From assembly GCA_004555175.1 (NCBI GenBank), contig SFJE01000002.1:32333-96332 (forward strand): a stretch of DNA of 64,000 nt, written 5' to 3'. Under the pieces are notes generated by a model. It was given only the letters and a program-made list of their open reading frames with translations, did no database searches and was not told the origin of the DNA. Every line of letters starts with the position of its first letter. Within the stretch, counting starts at the first letter, position 1. Below are positions 58,071 to 64,000 of the stretch, piece after piece. The DNA comes from Lentisphaeraceae bacterium (GTDB lineage Bacteria > Verrucomicrobiota > Kiritimatiellia > RFP12 > DVOR01). A program made the position numbers and the translations under genes.

Positions 58071-58365
58071 CGCAAAAATACCTGCAATCTTCCGCTGCGA
58101 CCTTTTGTATGCACCCCCGCGCGCCCGATACCCTAAAAAAGGTAGGGCCTACCTCGACCCGACCTAGGCCCTAGGTCACCTCGAGGTAGGCCCTAGGTCG
58201 AAATGAACTAGGCGCGGGGGAACAGCGCATCAGAGTTGGCAGTTTTTTTTTGGGGGGGGAGTTGCCGGCGATGCGTGCGACGGCTTCGAGGAGGAGATGG
58301 CGCGGACCGAGGGGAGGTATTCGGCGAGGGTGTCGAGGTTCTTTTTGAGGGATAACAGATGACAG

Positions 58366-58392
58366 AAAGCCGACGTGTCCAGAGGGCACGTC
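58366..58392 (-). terminator. probable terminator after nadE
   Basis: Perfect 9-bp stem gccgacgtg ... cacgtcggc with a T-rich minus-strand tail, about 63 nt after the nadE stop. Confidence 0.45.
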
Positions 58393-58454
58393 GGCCGGAG
58401 TGGAGCGCACCGCGCCCCCGAGGTGTAGGGCGATTAGCCCCACATAGGCGGGGA

Positions 58455-60304
58455 TTAGAGGGAAAAGGCGGCGTCGGAGGGCATCCGCCAGTCGCCGCGG
58501 GGGGAGAGGGCGATGGTGCCGACCTTGGGGCCGTCGGGGATGGCCGAGCGCTTGAATTGCTGTTGCACGAAACGGCGGGCAAAGATGTCGAGGGTGCGGT
58601 CGATCTCCTCGGGGGAGAACTGGTCACCCAGGAGCAGGCGAGCGAGGGCTGAGAGTTCGGCGCGCGAGCAGCCGTACTTCTGGAAGTAGTAGAGGAAGAA
58701 GTCGTGGAGCTCGTATTGGCCGACGATGGCCTCGGTGTGTTGTTCGCCGGGGAGGAGCTCGGGGGAGACGGGCGTATCGCAAATGTCGCGCAAGACGGCG
58801 GCGAGGTCGGCTTCACTCTCACGGGCGACGGTCTCGACGCACCAGCGCACGAGGGTCTTGGGCACACCACAGTTGACGGCATACATGCTCATGTGGTCGC
58901 CATTATAGGTGCTCCAGCCCAGCGCGATCTCCGAGAGGTCGCCCGTGCCGACTAGGAGGCCGCCGCTCTGGTTGGCCAGGTCCATCAGCAGATAGGTGCG
59001 GGCGCGGGCCTGGGCATTCTCGTAGGTGACATCGTGGCAGGCGGGGTCGTGGCCAATATCGCGGAAGTGCTGCTCCACGCCGGGGACAATCGAGATTTCG
59101 CGCAACTCCGCACCCAGGAGTTCGGCTAGGGCACCGGCATTCGAGCGTGTCCGCTTGCTAGTCCCGAAGCCAGGCATCGTGACGGCCAGAATGGTCTTGC
59201 CAGGCAGCCCGAGTGCGCGGCACATCTGGGCGCAGACGAGGAGGGCCAAGGTGGAGTCGAGCCCGCCGGAGAGGCCAATGACCAAGCGTTTACTGTGGGT
59301 GTGGGAGAAGCGCTTGGCCAATCCAGCCACCTGAATGCGAAAGATCTCGCGGCAGCGCTCTATGCGCCGGGCATCATCGGCAGGCACAAAGGGATGGGCT
59401 TCCAACCCAGCAAGCGTGCCATCGGCTTCGCGAAGCGCCTCCGGCAGCGGACAAGTCACGCGCCGCATCGCCACGCGCGGCAGGTCGGGGAAGGAGGTCT
59501 CCCGCTGACGCACCACATCCACCCAATGGGGATTGAAGTCCATCAGGCTAATCCCCTCGCTCCACCGCGCCTCCGCTAGGACGCGCCCATTGTTCGCCAG
59601 AATGCGATGACCGCCATAGACCACATCGGTGGTCGATTCGCCCATCCCGGCGGCGGCATAGGCATAGGCGCAGGCCAGGCGCCCGGACTGCATCCGCACC
59701 AAGTCGCGCCGATAGGTAGCCTTGCCCACCGCCTCAGTACTCGCCGAAAGGTTCACAATCAGCTGCGCCCGAGCAGCGGCTAAACGGTTCGAAGGCGCGT
59801 CGACGGCCCAAAGATCCTCGCAAATCTCCACACCAAAACGCAGGTCGCCCACCGTAAACAGGAGGTCCGTGCCAAAGGGGATACCACGCCAGGTGGTCCC
59901 TTCGGGCACGGTGGTGCCGCTGACGAAGTGGCGTTTTTCGTAGAACTCGCGATAGGTGGGCAAGTGCACCTTCGGCACCAATCCCAAAAGTTGCCCTCGC
60001 TGCAACACCGCCGCGCAGTTGTAGAGGCGGTCTTCCCAACGAATGGGCAGCCCCACCACGGCCACGAGTCCCTCAGGCAAGGCCACGAGCAATTCTGCCA
60101 AGGCCGCCTCGACCTGCGCTTCGAGCGACTGCATCCCAAAGAGGTCGGCGCAGGTGTAACCCGTGAGGGAGAGTTCCGGCGCTACGGCGAGCGCGGCACC
60201 CTGCGCTGCGGCCGCCCGGAGTAGTTCCAACAAAGCCGCCGCATTCGCCTGCGGATTGGCCACTTGAACCTGCGGCGTCACCGCCGCCACGCGAACAAAA
60301 CCCT

Positions 60305-60308
<4 letters not shown>
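58455..60308 (-). CDS. nadE: glutamine-dependent NAD+ synthetase
   Basis: N-terminal nitrilase-like (CN hydrolase) domain plus a C-terminal NAD synthetase domain with the SGGLDS P-loop. Confidence 0.9.
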
Positions 60309-62718
<2,410 letters not shown>

Positions 62719-63777
62719 CTAAAACAAAATCATTACCGCCATCACCACCAGCGCCAAGACCAACACCGCGGCCCCCGCCAACATCACCCACCCCCACAGC
62801 CCAATGCGTTTGCGCTGAAAGGGCTTACCCCGATGCGCCCGCAACTCCGCCGCCGAAATCCGAATCGTCCGCTCCGCCCGACCCCACTTGGCCGGATTGG
62901 GGAGCGCAATCACCGCACCGGCATCATCGCCCTCGGCGGGCGCTTCGCCGCGTAAAGATGCCGCTAGATCGCACACCACCTCGTCCCAATCGGCATAACG
63001 CTCGGCCGCAGCGCGGCGCGTCATCCGCCCCAAGACCGCCGCCAAAGGCCGCGGGAAACCCTTGACCACATCGCACGGTGACGGGATCTGGTCGCGCAAT
63101 TTACGCTCAAGAATCTCCTCAGCCGGAATGGCCCCGAAGGGCACTTGCCCCGTACCCAGTGCATAGAGCGTCATGCCCAAAGCGAACATATCCGCGCGCG
63201 TATCCACTGTTCCCGGCGCCATATACTGCTCAGGCGCCACGTAGGGGGCCGACCCCACCAACGCCCACTCCGGCGGATTGGTCCCCCACCCCGCTTCAAA
63301 ACTCATAGGCGAAAAGTCCGGCAAGAGCGGTTCGTTGCCATCCACCAAATAGACCTTACTCGGGCGCAGGCCACCATAGACCAAGTGCTCCTGCGCCAAG
63401 GTCGCGAACCCCTCGGCTAACTTCATCCCCAGCCGCACCAAGCGCTCGGGCTCCACCCGCTTCCCATCCAGCAGCGACATCAGCGGCGCAGCGTGCGCGT
63501 CCTCCAAGATGACATAGCCTGTGTCTGCCTCACGGCGAATATCAATCACATCCGGGAGCAACGGCGTCTTCACCTGCGTCAACTTCCGCACCAATTCAAA
63601 GAGTGCATCGGCCAACGCCCTATCAGCCAGCACCTCCTTTGAGAAGACGGCCACCAGCACATCGCGCTCTAGCGCGCACTGCACCGCGCGCCACAACACA
63701 CAACGCGTCGACTGCGCCAAGCGCTGCCGAAACTCAAAACCCGCCATCTCAGGGGTGTCCATCATATTGCCTCTCAT
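62719..63777 (-). CDS. membrane-anchored protein-kinase-like protein, probably catalytically inactive
   Basis: Hanks-type kinase fold blocks (VAPEQ and DxFALG-like), but the HRD catalytic loop reads YGGLRPSKV and DFG reads DFS. C-terminal TM helix. Alternative start at 63765. Confidence 0.55.
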   Translation of the reverse strand: MRGNMMDTPEMAGFEFRQRLAQSTRCVLWRAVQCALERDVLVAVFSKEVLADRALADALFELVRKLTQVKTPLLPDVIDIRREADTGYVILEDAHAAPLMSLLDGKRVEPERLVRLGMKLAEGFATLAQEHLVYGGLRPSKVYLVDGNEPLLPDFSPMSFEAGWGTNPPEWALVGSAPYVAPEQYMAPGTVDTRADMFALGMTLYALGTGQVPFGAIPAEEILERKLRDQIPSPCDVVKGFPRPLAAVLGRMTRRAAAERYADWDEVVCDLAASLRGEAPAEGDDAGAVIALPNPAKWGRAERTIRISAAELRAHRGKPFQRKRIGLWGWVMLAGAAVLVLALVVMAVMILF

Positions 63778-63862
63778 TCTAGCATAAATCCCACCCCAGG
63801 CAAAAACACCTTGGGCGCAGCCTATGCCGCGCCCAAGGTGTTTACAACAATTACGTCTGCCT

Positions 63863-64000
63863 TACTCAACCGAAGTCGTCCGGCGCGTACGCTTCGGCGC
63901 CACCGGCGTCGGGGCCAAGGTGGCCTTCATCGTCGGCGTATCGGTGGTCGGTTGCGGCGCGGGAGGAATAACCTCGGGCTCGGTAGTGGTCACCGTCTGC
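63863..64000 (-). CDS. C-terminal fragment of a Pro/Thr-rich protein running off the window
   Basis: Open frame to the window edge ending TAA at 63863-63865 (... PTMKATLAPTPVAPKRTRRTTSVE*). Confidence 0.3.

Overview
This 64 kb window is a gene-dense, high-GC (roughly 65%) bacterial chromosomal segment with genes on both strands. Most content is core housekeeping: metK, fmt, ppaC, ispH, smc, tsaE, nadA, rsmE, tyrA, crcB, queD, two DEAD-box helicases, dnaB, bamA, skp, hisI, nadE, ligA and a tmRNA gene (ssrA, minus strand, tag ANDNFAYAA). A large share is envelope, glycan and anaerobic-metabolism functions: an [FeFe]-hydrogenase with a thioredoxin-like 2Fe-2S ferredoxin, ugd, a PglC-like sugar transferase, a TMEM260/DUF2723-like GT-C protein with TPR repeats, a dual GT2 glycosyltransferase, a GH2 beta-galactosidase, two HExxH metalloproteases, a LysM lipoprotein, a SEDS protein and a MATE transporter. 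The lineage is probably an anaerobic PVC-superphylum-like organism, but that call is low confidence. No CRISPR array, transposase or intact prophage is visible. The observations most worth a second look follow; all are inference from sequence unless the entry says otherwise. (1) A ~195-bp interspersed repeat built from nested AATAAGACCCCGTCTTATT palindromic units is present in three copies. (2) A second copy of the ssrA 3' end lies about 210 bp from the real one across an AT-rich insert, which looks like the remnant of a tmRNA-targeted integrative element. (3) A sugar transferase, a tandem-duplicated retropepsin-like aspartic protease and a CPBP protease form a three-gene module with overlapping stops and starts; by my recollection this resembles an exosortase-locus signature, but no exosortase is in view. 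(4) Full-length RpiB and SHMT are fused in one reading frame. (5) An unannotated 59-aa two-TM ORF overlaps both ligA and nadE by ATGA, in an operon that begins with a kinase-like protein lacking catalytic residues. (6) A GGATGTGSTATAMT extended -10 box recurs upstream of the exonuclease, smc and DUF2723 genes, where it sits 7-8 nt before the ATG so these are probably leaderless, and also upstream of dnaB, which keeps an SD-containing leader of about 20 nt; rsmE has a leaderless-like TGcTACAAT start without the GGATGTG box. (7) An exact 42-bp in-frame tandem duplication sits inside the DUF2723 gene.
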